Source: an uncultured Acidobacteriaceae bacterium (GTDB taxonomy: Bacteria; Acidobacteriota; Terriglobia; Terriglobales; Acidobacteriaceae). Taken from it: a DNA stretch of 64,000 nucleotides. This document shows, piece after piece, positions 29,695-40,519 of this stretch. A model generated the notes under the pieces. It had not been told where the DNA came from. It searched no databases and was given only the letters and a program-made list of their open reading frames with translations. Position 1 is the stretch's first letter, and each line of letters starts with the position of its first letter. The position numbers and the translations under genes were made by a program. The stretch covers positions 946,196 through 1,010,195 of the forward strand of contig CAWCEH010000007.1 in assembly GCA_963794545.1 (NCBI GenBank), given 5' to 3'.

Positions 29695-31025
29695 TTACCC
29701 TCTCACTTCCGCTGCGCAAGCGTTGCGCTGGAACCAGCGCTGGCGCTCGCAATAGTCGTAAAGCTCGTCACGAAACTTGGGATGAGCAATCTGGATGAGC
29801 GACTCGGCCCTCTGGCGGATGGTCCGTCCATGCAGATAGGCGACGCCGTATTCCGTGACCACGTAGTGCACGTCAGCTCGCGTAGTCAGAACGCCCGCGC
29901 CGTTGGTCAGCCGTGGGCACGATTCGCGAGATGGTGTCGTTCTTGGCGGTCGACGGCAGCGCGATGATCGGCTTTCCATATTTCGAGCGTGCCGCCCCGC
30001 GGATGAAATCAAGCTGCCCGCCAAAACCGCTGTAGAATTGCGACCCGATCGACTCGGCGCACACCTGCCCGGTCAAATCCACCTCGATGGCCGAGTTGAT
30101 GGCCACCATGCGGTTATTCTGCGCGATGCGGAAGGGATCGTTGGTGTAGGCCGAGGGATGAAACTCGAAGATAGGATTTTCGTCCAGGAAATCGAACAGC
30201 TTCTTTGTGCCCAACACGAAGCTAAGAATGACCTTGCGTGGCTTCCAGTTCTTGCGTTGACCGTTGATCACACCCGCCTCGATCAGCGGGATAACGTTGT
30301 CGGAGAGCAGTTCGGTGTGGACGCCGAGGTCCTTGCGGTCCATCAGGTTGGGCAGGACAGCGTCGGGGATGCCGCCGATCCCACATTGTAGGACAGCGCC
30401 ATCTTCGATCAAAGATGCCACCCGCGTGCCAATTGCGCGAAACAACTCGCGAACTGGGTTGCTTCTTCAGTTCGCACAGTGGGCGCGAGAGCTCCACGAT
30501 GGCGTCAATTTCGCTGACATGGATGAAGCTGTCGCCGTAGGTGCGAGGCATCTGGGCATTCACCTGGGCAACGACGTAGTGGGCGCATTTCGCCGCGGTC
30601 AGCGTGCACTCCACGCCAACACCAAAGCTGCAGTAGCCGTGGGAGTCGGGCGGCGACACCTGGATGAAGGCAACATCAATCGGCATCTCGCCGCTTTCGA
30701 ATAAGGCCTCGACCTCGCCCAGGAAGATGGGGGTGTAGTCAGCACGGCCGTCATTCACCGCCTCGCGCACGTTGCCGCCAACGAACAGTGCGTTGTGGCG
30801 AAAGTGTTCTGCCATTTCAGGCGCGCAGTACGGCGAGGTACCCATGGTGAGAAGGTGTACGACTTCAACGTCCTTGACGAATGGAGCGCGCCCCATCAGG
30901 GCTTCGACCAGCGCTTCCGGCTCGGCGCAGCCGGGATGGATATACACTCGCATTCCCGACTCCACGCAAGCGACCGCCTCGCGCGCGGTAACCAGCTTGC
31001 TGCGGTATTGATCAATCCAGGACAT
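29695..31025 (-). pseudogene. acetyl-CoA hydrolase/transferase family protein (4-hydroxybutyrate/succinyl-CoA:acetate CoA-transferase-like), two frameshifts
   Basis: Three pieces in three frames are colinear with the family: ...HPGCAEP...FIQVSPPDSHGYCSFG / ...LQCGIGGIPDAV...AINSAIEVDLTGQVCAESIG...GGQLDF / LTNGAGVLTTRADVHYVVTEYG.... Shifts are near 30440-30470 and 29908-29914. Confidence 0.75.
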
Positions 31026-31041
31026 AGCCAGTAGTCCTCGT

Positions 31042-31509
31042 CTAAGCGGGTACGGTTTCAGATTTCACGGAGTAGCCGGCGGTGGCACGCTCGTGCCCCA
31101 GCGCGGCGTAGTAAATGGCGAGATTAAAGAACTTGTCCAGCATTTCCAGCAGTTCCAACTCGCCGAAAATCTCTGCCGGGTGCTCCAGTTCGGCATGTTT
31201 TTGCATGTAGTCCCAAAGGTTCTCGCGGACCAGGCAAATCATCCATACCACCTGGCTGGCGGGCACACCCTGGGCCGCACGTTGCGCGCCGACTTCCAGG
31301 TAACGTCGTTCGATGTCGGCCTCGGTCTTGCCCAGCAGCCATTCGCCGAGATGGCGATACACTTCATAAACTTTTTCGGTTAGCTCACTGTCAGGCACGT
31401 TGGCGTACGCCGAGCACTTATCGCATTGGCGATAACGGTTGTGCAGACTGCGCGCCAATCCATCGGAATGGCTCTCGATTAGCTTTACCAGGCGGTATGC
31501 AAGCAACAT
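31042..31509 (-). CDS. hypothetical protein (all-helical, cytoplasmic)
   Basis: Clean ATG ORF with normal codon usage. No motif I can assign. Confidence 0.5.
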   Translation of the reverse strand: MLLAYRLVKLIESHSDGLARSLHNRYRQCDKCSAYANVPDSELTEKVYEVYRHLGEWLLGKTEADIERRYLEVGAQRAAQGVPASQVVWMICLVRENLWDYMQKHAELEHPAEIFGELELLEMLDKFFNLAIYYAALGHERATAGYSVKSETVPA

Positions 31510-31734
31510 GGCAGACCTCTCTCACTTCGACCGACGGTCGCATAAGGCAGGGTGCGACGCTTCGGCTCCGGCCCCTCACTCTTACATTCAAGTGTCGCCT
31601 TTGGACGGGCATATCAGCCGTGATTGCTATCACTTGCAAGTGTGATTGAGGTCACCCGGAGGGTTGTTTTGGGGTGAGGGAAGGAAGTGGGTCGTGATTG
31701 GGCGCTGCGACTGAAAAGAAAGAAGTTGGCACCG

Positions 31735-32163
31735 TTAGACTTGGGTCTTGCGGCCGACAGCATTCTTCTTCGGCCTGCCTCCGAGTCGGCCGTTGCGCTG
31801 GGAAGCTGAAGCTTTGGCCACGCTCTTGGATTTTCCGCCAAGTGCGCCAAGCTGGGCAGCGATCCACCGCTTGGAGCCCATGACACCTTGGAGCAAGGCA
31901 GGTAGGTAAACGTCCGCGTCAAGCTTCGGAAAATGAAGGCCAAAGCCAGACGGCGTAATCTCGATGGGTTCGAGTTGCGAAGCCTTGGCTTTCTCCAGCC
32001 CTTGCACCGCATGAGGAGAAAATGTCACGTTTAAATCCGTGTTCAGCTTAACCACGACACGTGCACTGTCAGGATCGTAGTAAGCCCTGATAGCCGAAGG
32101 GACGCGGTTGCGGCGCCTTTTGGCGCGCTCAGTAGCTAGTTCGAACTCATCACGCCTTGCCAT
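31735..32163 (-). CDS. DUF2442 domain protein with a basic C-terminal tail
   Basis: Sequence pattern and its pairing with an upstream DUF4160 gene, which it overlaps by 14 nt. The tail ends GRLGGRPKK. Confidence 0.6.
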   Translation of the reverse strand: MARRDEFELATERAKRRRNRVPSAIRAYYDPDSARVVVKLNTDLNVTFSPHAVQGLEKAKASQLEPIEITPSGFGLHFPKLDADVYLPALLQGVMGSKRWIAAQLGALGGKSKSVAKASASQRNGRLGGRPKKNAVGRKTQV

Positions 32164-32398
32164 GTATCCTCTCCCAATCTCTGCACAATTGCGTCGTTCT
32201 GGGCGCCAACATTGCTTTGATGCGGACGATCTCCCGCCGAGAGAACGAGTAGTTCTCTCGCAACGTCATCGGGCCTTCTGGACAATTCAGTTGGAACACG
32301 GCCTCACAGCCCGATCCTATGACGTGGATGTGTGCCGGACGGTGATCGTTCGGGTAAATTACGACCCTGAAGCCCAGTAACCTCAAGACGGTCGGCAC
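32150..32398 (-). CDS. DUF4160 domain protein
   Basis: MPTVLRLLGFRVVIYPNDHRPAHIHV matches the typical DUF4160 N-terminus. GTG start. Confidence 0.7.
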   Translation of the reverse strand: MPTVLRLLGFRVVIYPNDHRPAHIHVIGSGCEAVFQLNCPEGPMTLRENYSFSRREIVRIKAMLAPRTTQLCRDWERIHGKA

Positions 32399-32622
32399 GG
32401 TGAAATGATCTTAACATAACCTAAGCGTTTGGGTTTATGAAATTCTGCCTGCCTGCAACGTCAGGGCTGATGACCCGCGAGATCTATCGCAAAGGGGAAG
32501 CGGCTTTCACCCTATGACATTTGTCACCCCCAGTCTCTGACAATCCACACTACCGCCCTACACCCACATGGCCGATGATCGCAAGCGTGGCCCGAAAAAC
32601 AATGGGCGCACGGGAGCGAACG

Positions 32623-33579
<957 letters not shown>

Positions 33580-33580
33580 C

Positions 33581-34399
33581 ATGGCTGCCACCACGTTTCC
33601 CGCAATGCTCGCGGTGCCCCGCCGCTCGCCGGCGAGAACGATTGCGCTCTTCTACAAGGAAGCGAAGTACGAACTGCTGAAGAACGTGCGCATCCCGGTG
33701 TATGCGATTTCGACGGTCGCATTTCCGTTGATGTTCTACGTGCTGTTCGGCATCGTGCTGGGCTCGGGAAATCCCGCCAATCGGCATGAGGGCGCGGTCT
33801 ACATGCTGGCCACCATGGGATGCTTCGGGGTGATGGCGACTTCGTTGTTTGGTTTCGGCGTGAGCCTCGCGATTGAGCGCGGGCAAGGCTGGCTGCAAGT
33901 GAAGCGTGCCTCGCCGATGCCGATTGCTGCCTACTTCTTCGCCAAGCTGTTCTCGGCAGTCGTGTTCAGCACGGTCATCATGCTCATGCTGCTGGCCGTC
34001 GGGACTGTGTTCGGAGGCGTGCGCCTGCCGCTGACGACGGCGGCTCGTCTGGTCGCCATTCTGGTGGCAGGCTCGATTCCGTTTTGCTCGATGGGATTGG
34101 CTATCGGATACTTCGCGAAGCCGAATTCCGCTCCCGCGGTCGTCAACCTGACTTATTTACCAATGGCGTTCTGCTCTGGGCTCTGGATTCCGCTGTTCAT
34201 GCTGCCCCACGGATTGCGGGTGTTCGCCAACTTCCTGCCTGCGTATCACATAAGTCAACTCGCGCTGAATGTGGTCGGCATGGGCATAGCGCCGGTCTCT
34301 ACCTGGCGACACGTCGAGGGGCTAGTGTGGTTCACGCTTGTATGCTTGGGACTGGCGGCATGGGGCTACTGGCGGGATGAAGGCAAATTGTATGGGTAA
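33581..34399 (+). CDS. ABC-2 transporter permease
   Basis: Six predicted TM helices. Starts 2 nt after the ATPase stop. Confidence 0.8.
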   Translation: MAATTFPAMLAVPRRSPARTIALFYKEAKYELLKNVRIPVYAISTVAFPLMFYVLFGIVLGSGNPANRHEGAVYMLATMGCFGVMATSLFGFGVSLAIERGQGWLQVKRASPMPIAAYFFAKLFSAVVFSTVIMLMLLAVGTVFGGVRLPLTTAARLVAILVAGSIPFCSMGLAIGYFAKPNSAPAVVNLTYLPMAFCSGLWIPLFMLPHGLRVFANFLPAYHISQLALNVVGMGIAPVSTWRHVEGLVWFTLVCLGLAAWGYWRDEGKLYG

Positions 34400-34490
34400 A
34401 AATTGTCTGCTAGATGTAGTGTTTGCATGTCAGCCAACACTCGAACCTTGACGCAAGACGAAGAACGCAACGCGCAGCAGGAGTTAAGTC

Positions 34491-34652
34491 ATGAAAAGCA
34501 AAAGCGCACAATGGATTCTCTGGGCCGTGGCCATGGTTATCTTTACGATAATAACCCTTAGCGGACACGGAAACTGGCTGGGACTGGCGATCGCGGCGGT
34601 AGCGATCGTCTGGCACGCGGTTGTGCCAAGGGCCCATTCCAGACAACAATAG
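34491..34652 (+). CDS. 53-aa two-TM small membrane protein (below the ORF-track cutoff)
   Basis: AGGAG 8 nt upstream of the ATG. MKSKSAQWILWAVAMVIFTIITLSGHGNWLGLAIAAVAIVWHAVVPRAHSRQQ. Sits between the permease and the kinase gene. Confidence 0.4.
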   Translation: MKSKSAQWILWAVAMVIFTIITLSGHGNWLGLAIAAVAIVWHAVVPRAHSRQQ

Positions 34653-34666
34653 GGATCGAGCAAACA

Positions 34667-35779
34667 ATGACTACGCTGCGCGCAATTTGGTGGAAAATTT
34701 ACCCCAACGATGACGAGCATCGCTGGATGCCCCTCATCTGGCTTCCGCTCATGGTGTGGCTCTTCGTGGACCCGCTGTGGAAGCACTATGGTCCGTTGGG
34801 CTGGGTCGCCAACACCTTCGGCGGTATCGTCTTCGTCCTGCTTTACCTGCAGGCGTTCTCGCGTCGTGATCCCTACAAGTTATTAAGCATATTGGCCATG
34901 ACTGCCATGGTCCCAGTCTTTATCCAGGTCAACGAGGGCAATGTCGCACTGTTGATTTACGCCGCCGCGGCGGGCGGTTTCCACACCAACCTGCGCAGAG
35001 TGTTCGTGCTGATCGGACTGGACCTCGCCGTCCTGGGTGTCTACGCCTATCGCTTGAGTATGCCCCTACCGCTCTGGGGCTCCATGCTGTTGCTGATCAT
35101 CCTGGTGGGATTTGGAAACCACTACGGAGCGCTCAGCCACTGTGCGGCAGAAAAACTTCAGCGTGCCCAGGACGAGATCGAGCATCTTGCCAAGGTCGCC
35201 GAGCGCGAACGCATTGCGCGCGACCTGCACGATCTTCTGGGACACACGCTGTCGCTCATCACCCTGAAGGCCGAGTTGGCGCGCAAGTTGGTGGACCGCG
35301 ATCCCCAGCGGGCCAAGCAGGAAATGCAGGATGTTGAGCACACGTCGCGCGCGGCATTGGCCGACGTGCGCGAAGCCATCAGCGGATATCGTGGTCAGGG
35401 ACTCGCCGCCGAACTTCTCCGCGCTCGCCAGACGCTGCAAACCGCAGGCATCACCGTGGACTGCGAAGCCTCGGAAATTCCGCTCAGTCCGGCACAGGAG
35501 ACCGTGCTTGCGCTCGCGCTTCGTGAGGCTGTGACCAACGTGGTGCGGCACGCTCAAGCTGGGAGCTGCAGTGTGCGCCTCGCGCGTGAGGAACAGCTTT
35601 GCACCCTGGAGATCGCCGACAACGGATGCGGCGCCGATACCCCGGAGGGCAATGGTTTGCGCGGCATGCGCGAACGGCTGGAGGCGATTGGCGGCTCACT
35701 TCAGCGCCAAACTGCCGCAGGCACTCGCCTCGTGATTCATTTACCTCTCGCGCCAATCCCCTCGGCTCTGCGAAACTGA
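34667..35779 (+). CDS. sensor histidine kinase, HisKA_3 (DesK/LiaS-like)
   Basis: Four to five N-terminal TM helices. H-box RIARDLHDLLGHTLS. HATPase motifs (NVVRHA, DNGCG, GNGLRGMRER). Confidence 0.85.
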   Translation: MTTLRAIWWKIYPNDDEHRWMPLIWLPLMVWLFVDPLWKHYGPLGWVANTFGGIVFVLLYLQAFSRRDPYKLLSILAMTAMVPVFIQVNEGNVALLIYAAAAGGFHTNLRRVFVLIGLDLAVLGVYAYRLSMPLPLWGSMLLLIILVGFGNHYGALSHCAAEKLQRAQDEIEHLAKVAERERIARDLHDLLGHTLSLITLKAELARKLVDRDPQRAKQEMQDVEHTSRAALADVREAISGYRGQGLAAELLRARQTLQTAGITVDCEASEIPLSPAQETVLALALREAVTNVVRHAQAGSCSVRLAREEQLCTLEIADNGCGADTPEGNGLRGMRERLEAIGGSLQRQTAAGTRLVIHLPLAPIPSALRN

Positions 35780-35783
35780 GAGC

Positions 35784-36410
35784 ATGCCCGCCGGCAAGCG
35801 CGACAAGATCAGAGTGGTCCTTGCCGAAGACCAGGCCATGGTCCTCGGTGCCCTCGCCGCGTTGCTCGAAATGGAAGACGATATCGAGGTCATCGCCCGC
35901 GCACAGTCAGGCGACGAAGCCCTCCGCACCGTCCAGCAAACCCGGCCCGACGTATTCATCACCGACATCGAAATGCCTACGCTGACGGGATTGGAAGTCG
36001 CAGCCGAACTGAAGCGTCGCGGCGTCCCGGTGCGCGTCATCATTCTTACGACGTTCGCGCGCGCCGGTTACCTGCGCCGCGCCCTCGACGCCGGTGCTTC
36101 AGGGTACCTGCTAAAAGACATGCCTGCGGAACAACTCGCCGATGCAGTGCGCCGCGTGAATCGTGGACTGCGCGTCATCGATCCTCAACTCGCCGCCGAG
36201 GCATGGACCGACGAGGCCGATCCGCTCACGGAGCGCGAGCGCCAGGTCCTGCGCCTAGCCGGAGAAGGCAAAGCCAGCTCCGAAATCGCCACTGGATTGA
36301 ACTTGTCGGAAGGCACCGTCCGCAACTACTTGTCGGAGGCCATCAGCAAACTCGGCGCTGCTAACCGCGTCGAGGCCGCGCGCATTGCCCGCGCGAAGGG
36401 GTGGTTGTAG
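35784..36410 (+). CDS. NarL/LuxR-family response regulator
   Basis: Receiver (VVLAEDQ...DVFITDIEMP...) plus a C-terminal LuxR HTH (LTERERQVLRLAGEGKASSEIA). Confidence 0.9.
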   Translation: MPAGKRDKIRVVLAEDQAMVLGALAALLEMEDDIEVIARAQSGDEALRTVQQTRPDVFITDIEMPTLTGLEVAAELKRRGVPVRVIILTTFARAGYLRRALDAGASGYLLKDMPAEQLADAVRRVNRGLRVIDPQLAAEAWTDEADPLTERERQVLRLAGEGKASSEIATGLNLSEGTVRNYLSEAISKLGAANRVEAARIARAKGWL

Positions 36411-36493
36411 CGCGCAGGTGCTGAGTACCCGGTGCCGTGCCGCACCACGGTTGTTAGACGCTATCTGACTCCTGAGCCAATTGCTAGGCTAAG

Positions 36494-39400
36494 CTAGCGG
36501 TTCAACGCCTGTAGGGCAGGCTGCAACCACGAGTAGAACAACCGGTTGATAGATGGAAACTGCGAAGCCAGGAGGGTGAACAGGGGTAGCGCAGTAAAAG
36601 AAAGCATCCGCAACCAGAAATCGGCGCCCAGTTCCCCCGGTGTCGTATCGGTGATGTTACTAAGGGTGGTGTCACGATGTATTTGGGCGAAGACCAGCCC
36701 GACCACGCCGACGATAAACACGAACAAAACCGCCAGCATTACCTGGATGTACGCTTTTGGCTCAAAGGGATATTGCGTAACCCCTATCATGGTCAGTACA
36801 AACATTCCACCGATGGCGACAATCAAGGTACGGATCCTGACCAGCATGGCAAGTAAGAAGTTCACGTAGACCATACATACGCAGTTTTCCCATGCACGCA
36901 AGGCAAGGTCGTCCAACGACTCCCTTGGAGTCTCTCGCCGAGAGCGCTTGGGTGCCTCTGTGGTCTGCTGCCAGCTTCGCGCAAGCAAATCCAACGCCTT
37001 GCCCGTGACTTTTGCTACGTCCTCCTGAAACTTGCCGAACTGCTGAATCAATTGAAGTTCGTCCTGGCGTCGCGCCCACCAGCTCTTGAAGTAGTTGGCC
37101 ACAACGGCCTGAGCGCGGCGCAACTTATTCGACGCACCGGAGCCCTGCTGTACCCCCGTCCCTTGGCTGAGCGCCGCGTCTTTTGGGCTTTCAGAGCCTC
37201 CCCATAATGGCGACGATTGAGTGGGCGCCAGGTCGCGAGCTCCTCGCAAAGTTTGGTCCCAGTTTCTCTGGAGATCTCCGGTATCCAAGGGGTAAGTATT
37301 CAGAGCGCAATCCAGCGCCTCCTTCTTGCGGAAAAATATGCGTTGGAAGTCTTCCATATTACCCGCACCGTATCGCCAGATCGGGTTCCAGGAAAAGCCT
37401 TTGATAGTCTTAAATCCGCTGCGCAGGGGCAGCGAGTCGAGCGCCACCAGCAACTTCCGGACACCGGCCCAGATTACCCAAAGTCTCAGCGTGATCACGA
37501 TCACACCGGCGATGGCAAGGGTGAAGAAGATCCACATGGCGCCTTGTATGAAGTTATTTTCCAAGGTTATGAGAGGATGCGAGTGGTCACCCATATACCA
37601 CGAGACGAGAAACACCATGACCACCACTCCCATGCTGAAGGCACGAGAAGCGGGCGTGAGGCGCAGGCTGCGCTGGAGCATCGGAATCTGCTCGCCGACG
37701 TTTCGTACACTGGGCTCGGTCATCCCTTGGGGCAGCCGCGGGCGCCGGGCGTCCAACAGGGCATACCCCGCAGTAGTGTGCTCAGCCCACCAGAGCCACA
37801 CCGTGAGGAAGAAGAAGGTGGGCATGATGAACGACAAGCCGGAAGTCAGCTGCATGGCACGAAGAGTGCTGAACCGCAACAGGTAAGCCTCGCTCTCGAA
37901 AGGCTGGTCGAGAAACACCTTAAAAGCCAAGTAGCCAGACAATACGACAAAGGCCATGACCAGCGCCCAGCCTCTCCAGCGGCGCCACGGCTCGGAAGGC
38001 TCAGACAATGATGTCAGCAGAGTACGATTGACCAAGTCCGCACTGGTGCATAGAAAGACTAGGAGTGCTGTGACCTCCAAGAAAAAGTTCAGGTTCGCCT
38101 CTCCCGACTCAGCGTTGTGAACGGAAGGCCAGAGGAGAATCAGCAGGATCAGCATCTGCGTCAGACCAGCCGCGAACACCGCCTTCATTCGACCGTTTGC
38201 GGTAGCCGGAGCGTACTTCGTTACCGCTTGGGTTCTGGCAAACACCGAGGCGCGCCAGATGGAGAATGACAGTCCCAGTCCGAGAAGAATGCCCACTAAT
38301 TGCACAATTCGCCAAGAGTTAGGTACAAGGACCCGCTGCAACTTTCCCGACATTTGATTGTGAACTCGCGGTAATGTGGTAAGCAGCTTTTCGCCGCGAT
38401 AGGGTCCAAAGCTGGCGACAGGCCAGTAATCGTCCCGGCCCAATGCCAGCAGGCGCACCGGCGGAGCGTCATACACGGTATCGTCATTCGGGGAAGATTG
38501 CTCGTTCCCCTCCTTAAATCGCTCCCAAAGCCAACCGTATTGATAAAGCGGCAAGTCAGCACCCGGCTTCCCGGAGGTTCGCTTGTGGTTTGCTAACACA
38601 TGTCGGCAGGCGCATCCGGGGTGGTCGTCATCCTGGGTGCAAGAATCGGGCAAGGCCGAATCGGTGACCCAGCTAGAAATTATTGAGCGGGCGGCATTGT
38701 AAATGGCTGCTTCCCCCGAGCCGGGGAATATCCGCTCAACGTGGCCGGACTCGTAATTGGCAAAATAATGACTGGCGGCAGGCGCTGGGGAATAGGTGCC
38801 AAGCGAAAGCAGCCCGTGCAGCCGCGGGTCGCTGGCTTCGTGGCGAAAAAGCAAGTCGGCTTCCAACGTTACGATGCGCCCCGGAGGATAAGCCGTGCGC
38901 AGGAATTCACTCAGGAAGAGAGTGTCAATTGGGTCCGAGGCGCGCAAAATGATGAACTTGATGCTGTGCCGCTGTAATTCGGAAACAACATCGAGCAGGA
39001 CCGATTCCTGTGATAAGGGCGTCTGCTTGGTGGAATAGGAAGCGACCGTGTCGTCATCGGAACCCGGAACTGAGAAGTTCGAGGGCAGGGTCTCACGTTG
39101 CGACCCACGTCCGTCTGTGGTGGCAGGCGACATCACCAGGGTGTCCTGGTAGGCCGCCCGTAGTTGCGAGATTTCGCGCGGAAAATAGAGTTTCAGAAAG
39201 CAATTGGGATCCTTCCGTGCTGCGTCGCTCTCGCAATATTCAATTTGCTCGCTTGGTTGCAGTTTATCTTTCGCCGTTTGGTCCTGCTCCGTAGCCTCGT
39301 CGCGTTTGGACGAGCCGTACGCCGTCTCATCCTCAGAAAGAACTGCGATGTCTTGGGCGGCATAATGGCGGTCGGAGAGACTGGAGTAGTCCTGACCTTG

Positions 39401-40519
39401 ATAGTCTTTCCACCCTCTCATCCACCCCCATAGGCGCTTGACGGGATTGAAGGGCCGGGCAGCTTCGTAACTGGTTCCGGTGAGAAACTCCAGAAGCCGT
39501 TCTTCCATCACCTCATCGGATTCATGCAAGCTCACGAAATGCCCTTTGAACTTTTGTGCCTGTTGATCGAAGTTGATGATGTCGTCCCGGCTGCTCACCG
39601 ATCCGCTGTGGATGCTGACCAATGGGTAGCACGGCTTAGGCTTAGCGAATCCACCGCACTTCAGAACTTTGGTTAACGAGGGCATGGAACCGGAGAACAT
39701 TGGGCCCACGATGCGCAAGCCGGGCTCTTGGGATGCGTTTTTCCGCCAGTCCTTGCCGGAACGGAGATCGACTCCGGTGTTTTCCTCGATAAACTCGACG
39801 GCCTTTCTAAATTGTCCTTCGTTTACGCCAGCGGTTGGCCTCTCACCTACAATCAGAACGAACAGGGCGCGCTGCTCAACGCTGTCAGGGTTGTCTCGGC
39901 GAAAGGCTATGAGGCCGGGATATTTCTCCTTGCCCTTCTGATACCACTCAGCTTCCAGGCGGCTTTCATAGTCGTCCGATTCGGGATGCACTTTCGCATC
40001 CCACGGCATTGCCGCCCGGTCGAAATCGTAGCCTTCGTCTTGGACTGCTTCTTCAATAGCATCCACCGTGCGGTCGAAAAGCAGGGCGAGATGGGTGTGG
40101 GCGGGATCAGGCACTAACGCGATGATGAAGTTGCCGGGTGTCAGGCACTTTCCTGGATTGACCGGGCTTTTTTCCTGCAGCTTCTCGACTTCCTCCTCCA
40201 TCTCCGCAGCAGTTTGGTTCTTCTTTGCCGCCTTTTCCTCGATTCTGTAGTCCTGGGTCCGGCACACGTGAGTAACGATTGCGTGGAGTTCACGGCGATA
40301 CTCATCTCCGGCTTCCTGCTGAATTTCTTTGTGGACTGCCTCTCTACAGGCGGCGGTTTCGCACTGGTCCGCTCGTCCTCTGCCTAGCGGCTTGGCGGCT
40401 GCTTTACTCTCGGCAGCATGAGCAGGAGCCGCCCCCGGTTCTGGCGCCCGCATGACAGGCGACAGCAACATCGAAAGCAGCACGGTGCCGGTTAGAACGG
40501 TCGTTCCGTTACGGTTCAT
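36494..40519 (-). CDS. 1341-aa membrane protein of unknown family: signal peptide, large ectodomain with type-1 periplasmic-binding-like features, about 10 TM helices with a ~220-aa cytoplasmic loop
   Basis: Uninterrupted ATG ORF. N-terminal signal (LTGTVLLSMLLSPVMRA). IIALVPDP...LRIVGPMFSGSMPSL recalls PBP1/ANF-receptor strands. The C-terminal half holds hydrophobic segments. No catalytic motif recognised. Confidence 0.75.
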   Translation of the reverse strand: MNRNGTTVLTGTVLLSMLLSPVMRAPEPGAAPAHAAESKAAAKPLGRGRADQCETAACREAVHKEIQQEAGDEYRRELHAIVTHVCRTQDYRIEEKAAKKNQTAAEMEEEVEKLQEKSPVNPGKCLTPGNFIIALVPDPAHTHLALLFDRTVDAIEEAVQDEGYDFDRAAMPWDAKVHPESDDYESRLEAEWYQKGKEKYPGLIAFRRDNPDSVEQRALFVLIVGERPTAGVNEGQFRKAVEFIEENTGVDLRSGKDWRKNASQEPGLRIVGPMFSGSMPSLTKVLKCGGFAKPKPCYPLVSIHSGSVSSRDDIINFDQQAQKFKGHFVSLHESDEVMEERLLEFLTGTSYEAARPFNPVKRLWGWMRGWKDYQGQDYSSLSDRHYAAQDIAVLSEDETAYGSSKRDEATEQDQTAKDKLQPSEQIEYCESDAARKDPNCFLKLYFPREISQLRAAYQDTLVMSPATTDGRGSQRETLPSNFSVPGSDDDTVASYSTKQTPLSQESVLLDVVSELQRHSIKFIILRASDPIDTLFLSEFLRTAYPPGRIVTLEADLLFRHEASDPRLHGLLSLGTYSPAPAASHYFANYESGHVERIFPGSGEAAIYNAARSIISSWVTDSALPDSCTQDDDHPGCACRHVLANHKRTSGKPGADLPLYQYGWLWERFKEGNEQSSPNDDTVYDAPPVRLLALGRDDYWPVASFGPYRGEKLLTTLPRVHNQMSGKLQRVLVPNSWRIVQLVGILLGLGLSFSIWRASVFARTQAVTKYAPATANGRMKAVFAAGLTQMLILLILLWPSVHNAESGEANLNFFLEVTALLVFLCTSADLVNRTLLTSLSEPSEPWRRWRGWALVMAFVVLSGYLAFKVFLDQPFESEAYLLRFSTLRAMQLTSGLSFIMPTFFFLTVWLWWAEHTTAGYALLDARRPRLPQGMTEPSVRNVGEQIPMLQRSLRLTPASRAFSMGVVVMVFLVSWYMGDHSHPLITLENNFIQGAMWIFFTLAIAGVIVITLRLWVIWAGVRKLLVALDSLPLRSGFKTIKGFSWNPIWRYGAGNMEDFQRIFFRKKEALDCALNTYPLDTGDLQRNWDQTLRGARDLAPTQSSPLWGGSESPKDAALSQGTGVQQGSGASNKLRRAQAVVANYFKSWWARRQDELQLIQQFGKFQEDVAKVTGKALDLLARSWQQTTEAPKRSRRETPRESLDDLALRAWENCVCMVYVNFLLAMLVRIRTLIVAIGGMFVLTMIGVTQYPFEPKAYIQVMLAVLFVFIVGVVGLVFAQIHRDTTLSNITDTTPGELGADFWLRMLSFTALPLFTLLASQFPSINRLFYSWLQPALQALNR

